DNA of 32,000 bases from Erysipelothrix inopinata (GTDB lineage: Bacteria > Bacillota_I > Bacilli_A > Erysipelotrichales > Erysipelotrichaceae), in NCBI RefSeq assembly GCF_014396165.1, contig NZ_CP060715.1, positions 1,710,001-1,742,000 of the forward strand, given 5' to 3'. The notes under the pieces were generated by a model that was given only the letters and a program-made list of their open reading frames with translations, did not search any database and was not told where the DNA came from. How positions within the stretch are numbered: the stretch's first letter is position 1; the number at the start of each line of letters is the position of its first letter. The translations under genes and the position numbers were made by a program. Positions 17,889 to 24,690 of the stretch are shown one piece after another.

Positions 17889-18557
17889 TTAGTTGTCGGC
17901 TTCAAACTTGTATCCCGTTCCTCTTACGGTAACAATATAATCACGGTAAGGGCCTAGGTTTTGTCTTAACATCTTAATGTGTGTATCTACAGTACGGTAA
18001 TCACCAAAATAATTATAATTCCAAACTTTATCTAAAAGAACATCTCTCGATAACGCTTGATTTTTATGTTGAACTAAATAAACAAGTAGATCAAATTCTT
18101 TAGGCGTCACTGTAACACGCTCTTCATCAATGATAAGATTGCGGCCTGTGATATCAATTTCAAGAGTATCAAAACGATACACAGAGTGTTTCTTACCTTT
18201 TGAACGTTCAACCGCAACTTTCACACGAGCAATAAGTTCTCGAGGCGAAAAAGGTTTGGTAACGTAGTCATCAATCCCTAATTCAAATCCTAAAAGTTTA
18301 TCAAACTCTTCTTGACGTGCTGAAAGCATGATAACTGGAATGTCTTTTATTTCTTTTATTTGACGACATGCCGTGTAACCATCAAGATTAGGCATCATGA
18401 TATCCAAAATAACAACATCATAGTTACCTGTCTTAATCTTCTCTACCGCTTCAACACCATCTTCTGCTTCATCACATTCAAAGCCAGATACTAACGCGTA
18501 TTCCTTAATGACCTCTCGAATTTTAATTTCGTCATCAACAATTAATAGCTTAATCAT
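17889..18557 (-). CDS. OmpR/PhoB-family response regulator
   Basis: 222 aa. Receiver domain (LIVDDE, VILDIMMP, TKPF) plus a winged-helix output domain (LTPKEFDLL..., TVRGTGYKF). Confidence 0.95.
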   Translation of the reverse strand: MIKLLIVDDEIKIREVIKEYALVSGFECDEAEDGVEAVEKIKTGNYDVVILDIMMPNLDGYTACRQIKEIKDIPVIMLSARQEEFDKLLGFELGIDDYVTKPFSPRELIARVKVAVERSKGKKHSVYRFDTLEIDITGRNLIIDEERVTVTPKEFDLLVYLVQHKNQALSRDVLLDKVWNYNYFGDYRTVDTHIKMLRQNLGPYRDYIVTVRGTGYKFEADN

Positions 18558-18574
18558 AATATCCCCGTCCTTTG

Positions 18575-21500
18575 TTATCTCTTCTCAAACTGATATATAT
18601 CATTAACAATGATTGATTTCTCCTCTTTCATCGTTCCTTTGATTAATATTAGCGCCCCAACCTCTAAGGTTTCTTTAATACTATTATATACTCTTGGAAA
18701 TAATACGCAATCAACATTTCCTGTATCATCGCTGATATTCACAAAAGCCATAAGTTCACCTTTTTTTGTTCGATGTTGTTTTATACGCTCAACCATACCA
18801 ATAAAACGATAAGCTTCTTCTTGAATCCTTAAACTCATTATCGGTGTTGTCTTATGTTTCATACGAAGACTAAGACTTGGATGTTCTGAAAAATAGAAAC
18901 CCAGCACATCCGATTCTTGAGTTAAAATTTCACGTGGACTCTCTTTCACCTCAGTAACCAACGGCTCCGAAATTAAAGAATAATCCAGTTTATCCCCTTC
19001 TATGGTAGATACTTTCACAATGTTTGCATATCGTAGTGCTTCATCAAGTGTCGCAAGCATATTGAGTCGATCATACCCAAAGTAATCAAAAGCCCCAGCT
19101 TTTATCAGATTCTCGAAATTATTTTTCTTGATACCCGCTAAATTCAAACGCGCAATAGCATCGAAAAATGATTGATAAGAACCTTTCAAACTACGTTCTT
19201 GTTCAATTACCTTACTTGTATTATAACTTATTCCCTTAACAACAGTAAAGGGCAAGCGAATTTTGCGCCCTTCAAGCTTGTAAGTGTCATAACTTTTTTC
19301 TAAATTTGGGCCCATTAGAAGTACATTTCTATTTCGGCATTCATCGATGTATTGTTTTGTTTTTGAATCACTACCGATTACACTGCTTAGTAAGTAAGTA
19401 TAGAACATGTATGGATGATTCGCCTTTAGGTAAGCCATTTGATAGGCTATCAAACCATAAGCAACGGAGTGCGATTTATTGAATCCGTAATTCGCAAACT
19501 TAAGTACAAGTGCAAATAACTCTTCCGAAAAGTTCTTATCGTACCCCTGTTTAATACATCCAGATACAAATTGTTGATGAACCGATTCCAACTCTTCAAC
19601 ATTCTTTTTCCCCATCGCTTTTCTCAAAATATCTGCTTCACCCAAGTCAAATCCCGCCATAATTTGCGCAACTTGCATGATCTGTTCCTGATAAATTAAG
19701 ACGCCATAAGTCGATTCTGTTATTTCCTTGAGTTTTGGATGCAAGTACTTAACCGACTTCGGGTTTTCCCGAGCACTTAGATACAGTGGGATGTTTTCCA
19801 TAGGACCTGGGCGATACAACGCAATGGTATCCACGATATCAGAAAATTGGTATGGCTTCATTTTCATCAACAACTTCTTCATACCCTCTGATTCTAACTG
19901 GAATATCCCTACCGTTTCACCTCTACCTATCAAATCATAAGTTTTTTTGTCATCTAATGGTATTGTCATAATGTCAAAGGTTTCAGTAGTTTTTATTTGT
20001 CTTGAAATATTATCAATGATTGTTAAGTTTCTTAAGCCAAGAAAATCTATTTTAATAAGTCCAATTTTTTCAATGTGAACCATATCGTATTGGATACAGT
20101 AAGTCGTATCGTCCATCTGCATCATCGGAACAACACTCAGAAGTGGTTGCTTTGACATAACGATACCCGCCGCGTGAAGTGAAGTATGACGTGGTAACCC
20201 TTCTACTTTTACTGCAAGATTAAACACATCTTGCAATAAGGGATCCGTATCAATCATCGTTTTAAGTCTGCTTTGCTGTTCGTAATTATCTCGCAAGGAT
20301 GCCTGATTCATCAATTTCGTCGCTTGGTCTACTTTCCTTATTGGAACCTGAAGAACACGTGCAACATCACGAAATGCTTGACGGGCTTTTAAAGTACCAA
20401 ATGTCACAATGTGTGCGATATGATTATCCCCATACTTTTCTCGAACATAATCAATCACATCTTGACGACGGTCATCAGGAAAATCGATATCAATATCCGG
20501 CATTGAGATTCTTTTAGGATTTAAAAATCTTTCGAAAAGCAAATTATATTCGATTGGATCAACTTCAGTGATCCCTAAAGAGTATGCAACAAGTGATCCC
20601 GCAGCACTCCCACGACCCGGACCAACATAAATCCCTTCTTGTTTTGCAAAACGAATGATATCGTAGACAATTAAGAAATAATCTTCAAATGACATGGACG
20701 TGATTACAGAAAGTTCATAAGCTAATCGTTCTTTGTACTGCTGATTAAGCTTATTACCCAATCGTTTTTGCAGCCCAAATTGACTCAATTTTTCAAGGTA
20801 ATAAGCATTTTCTACATTTTGTCCCGTTTCAAAACGAGGCAACTCAGTTTTTATACTTAAAATATCGACGTTACAGTCGTTCGCAATCAATTCAGTTTCC
20901 TTCAAAAGTGATTCAGAATAAAGTTCTCTCAATTCCTGTTCAGAATAGAAGTAGCGGTTCGGTGCTGATACCAATGTTTTATCACCAATATAAGTGCCCT
21001 TTTCAATTGCACGTAATGCTCGAAACGCTTCATCATCTGTTTTGTGTTTATAGAAAACTTTTGTCATAGCGACACATTTCACATCATTTAATAATGCAGT
21101 TTCATACAGTTTAAGATTTCGTTCTTTGAAGAAAGCAGATTCTTGATGTGACATACCAATTCTTAAATGTTTAAAAAGAGATTTATACTTTGTAATTTTA
21201 GTTTGAATCAATCCGTAATCTTCATGAATTAATGCTTCCTCAAAACATCCGTTTTCTGAGAACATAATGACATAAAGATTATCCGAGTCTTTAGCTAAAT
21301 CTTCTAGATTAATACGATGATGTTGTGATAATTCAAATGAAATCGCCATAAGACGTTGATACCCGACATTATTCCTTGCAAGAACAAGTGCATCATATTG
21401 TTCTTCATTTTCTTCAATCGTAATTTCCATACCAAATATTGGTTTGATTCCTAAGGTTTGGGCACGAATAAAAAAATCTAACGATCCAAATAGAACATGA

Positions 21501-21619
21501 TAATCAGTTAAAGCAACTGACTTCATACGATTCGATTTCGCAGATTCTAATATTTCATTTAAACTCATCATTCCATTTAGAAGTGAATAATAACTTCTGA
21601 CATTTAAATGAACACTCAT
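18575..21619 (-). CDS. dnaE: DNA polymerase III alpha subunit DnaE
   Basis: About 1014 aa. N-terminal PHP (VHLNVRSYYSLL), palm motifs GPGRGSAAGSLVAYSLGIT and PDIDIDF, IKIDFLGLRNLT, C-terminal OB fold. The track start at 21625 is a GTG. ATG 21619 has GGGGTG 5 nt upstream. Confidence 0.95.
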   Translation of the reverse strand: MSVHLNVRSYYSLLNGMMSLNEILESAKSNRMKSVALTDYHVLFGSLDFFIRAQTLGIKPIFGMEITIEENEEQYDALVLARNNVGYQRLMAISFELSQHHRINLEDLAKDSDNLYVIMFSENGCFEEALIHEDYGLIQTKITKYKSLFKHLRIGMSHQESAFFKERNLKLYETALLNDVKCVAMTKVFYKHKTDDEAFRALRAIEKGTYIGDKTLVSAPNRYFYSEQELRELYSESLLKETELIANDCNVDILSIKTELPRFETGQNVENAYYLEKLSQFGLQKRLGNKLNQQYKERLAYELSVITSMSFEDYFLIVYDIIRFAKQEGIYVGPGRGSAAGSLVAYSLGITEVDPIEYNLLFERFLNPKRISMPDIDIDFPDDRRQDVIDYVREKYGDNHIAHIVTFGTLKARQAFRDVARVLQVPIRKVDQATKLMNQASLRDNYEQQSRLKTMIDTDPLLQDVFNLAVKVEGLPRHTSLHAAGIVMSKQPLLSVVPMMQMDDTTYCIQYDMVHIEKIGLIKIDFLGLRNLTIIDNISRQIKTTETFDIMTIPLDDKKTYDLIGRGETVGIFQLESEGMKKLLMKMKPYQFSDIVDTIALYRPGPMENIPLYLSARENPKSVKYLHPKLKEITESTYGVLIYQEQIMQVAQIMAGFDLGEADILRKAMGKKNVEELESVHQQFVSGCIKQGYDKNFSEELFALVLKFANYGFNKSHSVAYGLIAYQMAYLKANHPYMFYTYLLSSVIGSDSKTKQYIDECRNRNVLLMGPNLEKSYDTYKLEGRKIRLPFTVVKGISYNTSKVIEQERSLKGSYQSFFDAIARLNLAGIKKNNFENLIKAGAFDYFGYDRLNMLATLDEALRYANIVKVSTIEGDKLDYSLISEPLVTEVKESPREILTQESDVLGFYFSEHPSLSLRMKHKTTPIMSLRIQEEAYRFIGMVERIKQHRTKKGELMAFVNISDDTGNVDCVLFPRVYNSIKETLEVGALILIKGTMKEEKSIIVNDIYQFEKR

Positions 21620-21667
21620 GATCACACCCCGCTTTCTCTATTATACCTTAAATAAGAAGCATTCGGG

Positions 21668-22183
21668 TTAACAAGCATAGTAAAAAGTGAAAATTAATCT
21701 TTGAACGATCAAGAGCAAGACTAAAAGGAAGTATGATAATCGCGGATTTTTAATATTATAGAAAAACGACGCAACTAAACTAATTACTAAAATCGCTATA
21801 AAATCATAAAACAAGAGTATATTATCTATAGATTTAACCTTTATTATCATTAAAAATAATGATTGAGATAGCGTGAGAACAAGAATAAAAAATACATTGA
21901 TAAAGTAAAGAAGTTTCATTTTACAGCCAATTCGAATGCGGATCAAATTTTCTAATTGCTTTAAGTTGTTTATTGACGACAGTACAATCACAGCCTTCGT
22001 CGAAATATCAAAAAAGCTAATCCAAATCGTGCTGATATTTTGATACATAAAGCCATATTCAATCAAAAAGAACTCTTGAGGCGAATAATTTAAAGATAAA
22101 TAAACAGCTAAAGAAGAGAAGATAATCCAAATCATTCTCCTCTGTATAATTAGCATATGTCTTATTTTAAATTTCAATAACAT
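21668..22183 (-). CDS. Hypothetical polytopic membrane protein (about 5 TM), last gene of the accessory ABC operon
   Basis: Basic N-terminus (MLLKFKIRHMLIIQRRM) followed by hydrophobic segments (IWIIFSSLAVYLSL, LLYFINVFFILVLTL, FIAILVISLVASFFY, YFLLVLLLIVQ). No family recognised. Start is uncertain: TTG 22189, ATG 22183, ATG 22156 or ATG 22135. The 22183 start overlaps the ATPase end by 17 nt. Confidence 0.5.
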   Translation of the reverse strand: MLLKFKIRHMLIIQRRMIWIIFSSLAVYLSLNYSPQEFFLIEYGFMYQNISTIWISFFDISTKAVIVLSSINNLKQLENLIRIRIGCKMKLLYFINVFFILVLTLSQSLFLMIIKVKSIDNILLFYDFIAILVISLVASFFYNIKNPRLSYFLLVLLLIVQRLIFTFYYAC

Positions 22184-22754
22184 GGTCAAATTCTATTTTA
22201 CTCATGTTTTCTTTATCATGAGATGCAATGATGATTGATTTCCCTTCGACAGATAATTCACTAATAAGTTTAATAAAAGAATCCACACTTACATCATCCA
22301 AGCCCCTAGTAGGCTCATCTAGTAAAATTAAATTTTGGTCTTCCATAATTGCTTGAATGATCCCTAATTTCTGTCTCATACCTAATGAGTATTTTTTTAC
22401 TAAACTCGAATCGTAGAAGTCAAGATAAAACAAACTGCATAGTGATTCTAACTTTTCGATATCATACAAAGATTCTGATTTCAATTTAAAAAGAAAGTCT
22501 AAATTTTCTCGTGCCGTAAAGTTTGGAACAAAACTCGGGTTTTCTATAAGGGCCCCTATTTCCGTCCCTTCGCCATAAATTATCAATCCATCATCAGGCT
22601 CCAACAAACCCGCAATAAGCCGTAGAATCGTTGTTTTACCACTCCCATTACTTCCCTTGATTAAAGTGATATCACCTTTTTCAACACGCAACGATAAATC
22701 ACAAATTATACTTTTTCCACCTAATTTTTTTGAAACATTAATTACTTCCAGCAT
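22167..22754 (-). CDS. Short ABC transporter ATP-binding protein (ABC-2 / lantibiotic-protection-like NBD)
   Basis: Walker A GSNGSGKTT, Q-loop region, signature YSLGMRQKLG, Walker B LILLDEPTRGLD, H-loop ASHD. ATG 22754 (MLEVINVSKKL) has GGAGGA 7 nt upstream, giving 195 aa. The track start at 22772 is a TTG. Confidence 0.88.
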   Translation of the reverse strand: MLEVINVSKKLGGKSIICDLSLRVEKGDITLIKGSNGSGKTTILRLIAGLLEPDDGLIIYGEGTEIGALIENPSFVPNFTARENLDFLFKLKSESLYDIEKLESLCSLFYLDFYDSSLVKKYSLGMRQKLGIIQAIMEDQNLILLDEPTRGLDDVSVDSFIKLISELSVEGKSIIIASHDKENMSKIEFDHVIEI

Positions 22755-22798
22755 CTTTCTATCCTCCATCAATTAATCCTTGTCCATATTTTTCTTTT

Positions 22799-23332
22799 CT
22801 AGATAATCTGTAAAGCTATATAAACATATATGTAGTAAATAACAGCAAAAACATAGATTGCATTTTTGGGTTTGTTTATTTTTTTATCAACCACTATAAA
22901 GGGCATAATTATAAATTTTCCCAGTTCAATTATTAAAATCAGACACAGTTCAAAACTTGGCTTGAACGGATAATGAATCCAAAGATTAAGTGATGTTAAT
23001 ATTACAAACGGAATAGACCATAAAAGCTCATACTTCTTGAGTAAGGTGAAGTAGGATTGACCCAATCGAAGCTGGCTATTGGTATGTACAATGTCGTAGA
23101 AATTAACACGTTCAATCAACAATAGTAGAAAAATCGGAAACAACACCATGGTCAGTCTGGCCTCGTAGAAGGATAAATTTAAGTACTCACTTATGTTTCC
23201 AGCGTCTAAATAAACTGAACCAAGAATTGATTTCCTCTCAACTGCAGTAACAACAACGTAAATAAATGCGATGCCTACAATCATTCGCAAGCTTATTTTT
23301 CTGAAACAAACCTTTCTTGAATGTCGGATCAT
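22799..23332 (-). CDS. Hypothetical polytopic membrane protein (about 5 TM)
   Basis: 177 aa with a basic N-terminus, then IVGIAFIYVVVTAV, LTMVLFPIFLLLLI, LLWSIPFVILTSLNLWI, LCLILIIELGKFIIMPFIVV and AIYVFAVIYYIYVYIALQII. ATGA start/stop overlap with the upstream gene. No family recognised. Confidence 0.6.
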   Translation of the reverse strand: MIRHSRKVCFRKISLRMIVGIAFIYVVVTAVERKSILGSVYLDAGNISEYLNLSFYEARLTMVLFPIFLLLLIERVNFYDIVHTNSQLRLGQSYFTLLKKYELLWSIPFVILTSLNLWIHYPFKPSFELCLILIIELGKFIIMPFIVVDKKINKPKNAIYVFAVIYYIYVYIALQII

Positions 23333-24165
23333 ATTCGCCCCATTCTTTCTAATTGAATAAGTTTCTTAGAAATCCAACGTATCAGCACCAAATAAACAAT
23401 TAAAGAAGCCAGAAAATTAAACATATTTGAAAATGGCAACATAAATAAATCATAGTTTGGAAAAAGCAAGGTTAGTGGATTAATTATCGAAAATAGAGGT
23501 ATTACAAAGGGTACGATTTCGTTAAAGAACGGAAAAATCATTGTAACCAAAGCAAACACAACAACAATACCTGTAGATACAGCAACTGTACCTAACAATA
23601 GTGATAGGTAATATAAATATTTGTTTGGTCTCAACCTGGTTAACATAAACAAACACACATTAGCGATTCCCATTCCAATTGATTGTAGAAAAACACTCAA
23701 TAGAAATTCAATGATTGGATTATTCACTTGTGTCAGGGTATTATTTGTTACTGAAGAAACGAGCTTAACACCACTACTGGGATGCACAATCCATATTGTG
23801 ACAATCACCGCAATATTAATAGCGACACCAAACACAAATCCTCTCATAAATGATTTTAGTTTTTCTCGCTTATAAAAATCTATGATAGATATTCTTTGAA
23901 TGATTAGATAATCCATTCTCGAACTTACAGTCTCGATATTAAATCCATTCAGGAGCATCGGCATAGAAATTAGTAGAATTAGAATATATGGAAAACATCT
24001 GCCACACTGAAAATCACTCATTAGCGATAAAAAAGTATATTCTTCGACAAATATTACTTTTGGTATCTCATTATAAAGATAACTTAATACTACAAGCAAA
24101 ATCACAAGAGAAAATAGCACGTATTGTGCTACTTTCTCACCAATACCTTTGGAAATTCTATTCAT
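23329..24165 (-). CDS. Hypothetical polytopic membrane protein (6-7 TM), possible ABC-2-like permease subunit
   Basis: 278 aa. Its topology (TM1, loop, then clustered TMs) is reminiscent of ABC-2 permeases. TGATG junction with the upstream secreted-protein gene. No family confidently recognised. Confidence 0.62.
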   Translation of the reverse strand: MNRISKGIGEKVAQYVLFSLVILLVVLSYLYNEIPKVIFVEEYTFLSLMSDFQCGRCFPYILILLISMPMLLNGFNIETVSSRMDYLIIQRISIIDFYKREKLKSFMRGFVFGVAINIAVIVTIWIVHPSSGVKLVSSVTNNTLTQVNNPIIEFLLSVFLQSIGMGIANVCLFMLTRLRPNKYLYYLSLLLGTVAVSTGIVVVFALVTMIFPFFNEIVPFVIPLFSIINPLTLLFPNYDLFMLPFSNMFNFLASLIVYLVLIRWISKKLIQLERMGRI

Positions 24166-24572
24166 CAGTTATGGTCCCCATTCCACTTAGCTTTAATAGT
24201 AAGACCATGTGGATCAAAACCGTTTGTATTAACTCTAAGATGCAGTTGCGATCCTCTAGCAGAATCAAACATTGTCACAAGATTGTGACGATATCCTGTC
24301 CCAATTTTAAATGATTTTGAATAATACTGCCTGTTGGAGCTACTTACCATTTGACCTGTTGGCGCTAACCAGGCACTCACATCCCATGTTTCAACAGTTC
24401 CATAAGTACTCGTTGTTTCTTTTGTTGCGTAATCACTCGAGATAACAAATCCCCCTTTTGGTGGAACATATAGGGTTTCTCTACTTGAATATGCTGCATG
24501 AACCGTTTGAAAAATGATAATACATCCCAACATCAATATCACCTTACCAATAATATTGTTTACCCTCTTCAC
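24165..24572 (-). CDS. Small secreted protein of unknown family (Sec signal peptide, cysteine-free mature part of about 109 aa)
   Basis: GTG 24572 has GAAGGAGGGG upstream, with the GGAGG core 7 nt from the start. Signal peptide MKRVNNIIGKVILMLGCIIIFQTVHA/AYSS. The mature part is rich in S/T/G/Y, beta-strand-like, and carries net charge about +3. The track's ATG 24620 lies upstream of the predicted -10 and so is probably outside the transcript. Confidence 0.6.
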   Translation of the reverse strand: MKRVNNIIGKVILMLGCIIIFQTVHAAYSSRETLYVPPKGGFVISSDYATKETTSTYGTVETWDVSAWLAPTGQMVSSSNRQYYSKSFKIGTGYRHNLVTMFDSARGSQLHLRVNTNGFDPHGLTIKAKWNGDHN

Positions 24573-24597
24573 CGTTACCCCTCCTTCTAGCCTCGGC

Positions 24598-24606
24598 ATT
24601 ATAACA
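24598..24606 (-). promoter_or_regulatory. Extended -10 promoter element of the accessory operon
   Basis: The minus strand reads TGtTATAAT about 26 nt upstream of the GTG start. No good -35 is present, as is common for extended -10 promoters. It lies between the nrnA terminator and the SD. Confidence 0.45.
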
Positions 24607-24663
24607 TATGCATGAACCATCTTGTTTTCCTAATGTTAAGTGTTAAAAAAATTGATATATTCG

Positions 24664-24690
24664 TAAAAAAAAGAGACCTGAATGGTCTCT
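24664..24690 (-). terminator. Rho-independent terminator after nrnA
   Basis: Minus-strand RNA reads AGAGACC-ATTCA-GGTCTCT followed by 8 T, starting immediately after the nrnA stop (24691-24693). Confidence 0.7.

Larger units (their letters stand above)
21668..24606 (-). other. Accessory five-gene operon (secreted small protein, three membrane proteins, one ABC ATPase) with its own promoter
   Basis: The genes are chained by start/stop overlaps. The operon is preceded by the nrnA terminator and an extended -10. It is AT-richer than the flanks in spot counts. See findings. Confidence 0.55.

Noticed and set aside
14282-18557. Two-component/ABC operon as a Bce-type antimicrobial-peptide sensing and detoxification module
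   Set aside because: The permease is a 419-aa ABC-2 type with 6 TMs, not a 10-TM FtsX-fold BceB-like protein of about 650 aa. The kinase has a large extracytoplasmic domain, unlike intramembrane-sensing BceS.
23621-24314. Plus-strand ORFs (84 and 108 aa) antisense to the accessory operon, considered as possible hidden antitoxin or immunity genes
   Set aside because: They have no SD or promoter-like elements. They lie fully within the translationally coupled minus-strand genes, and their sequences look like AT-rich antisense noise. Expression cannot be excluded without RNA data.
24522-24536. Possible lipobox (L-M-L-G-C) in the signal peptide of the small secreted protein, which would make it a LanI-like lipoprotein
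   Set aside because: The Cys sits in the middle of the hydrophobic core (IIGKVILMLGCIIIF), with a Lys only 7 residues upstream and hydrophobic residues after it. A VHA/A signal peptidase I site follows. Type I cleavage is more likely; LipoP could settle it.
24165-24572. Calling the secreted protein a lactococcin 972 family bacteriocin
   Set aside because: Only the locus architecture and general properties match. I cannot align the family motifs by eye, and the mature part is about 40 aa longer. It is kept as a hypothesis and not used as an annotation.
21626-24690. Accessory operon as a mobile element, prophage remnant or integrative island
   Set aside because: It has no integrase, transposase or recombinase, no flanking direct or inverted repeats that I could find, and no tRNA target. 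Only the lower GC and the position between conserved neighbours hint at acquisition.
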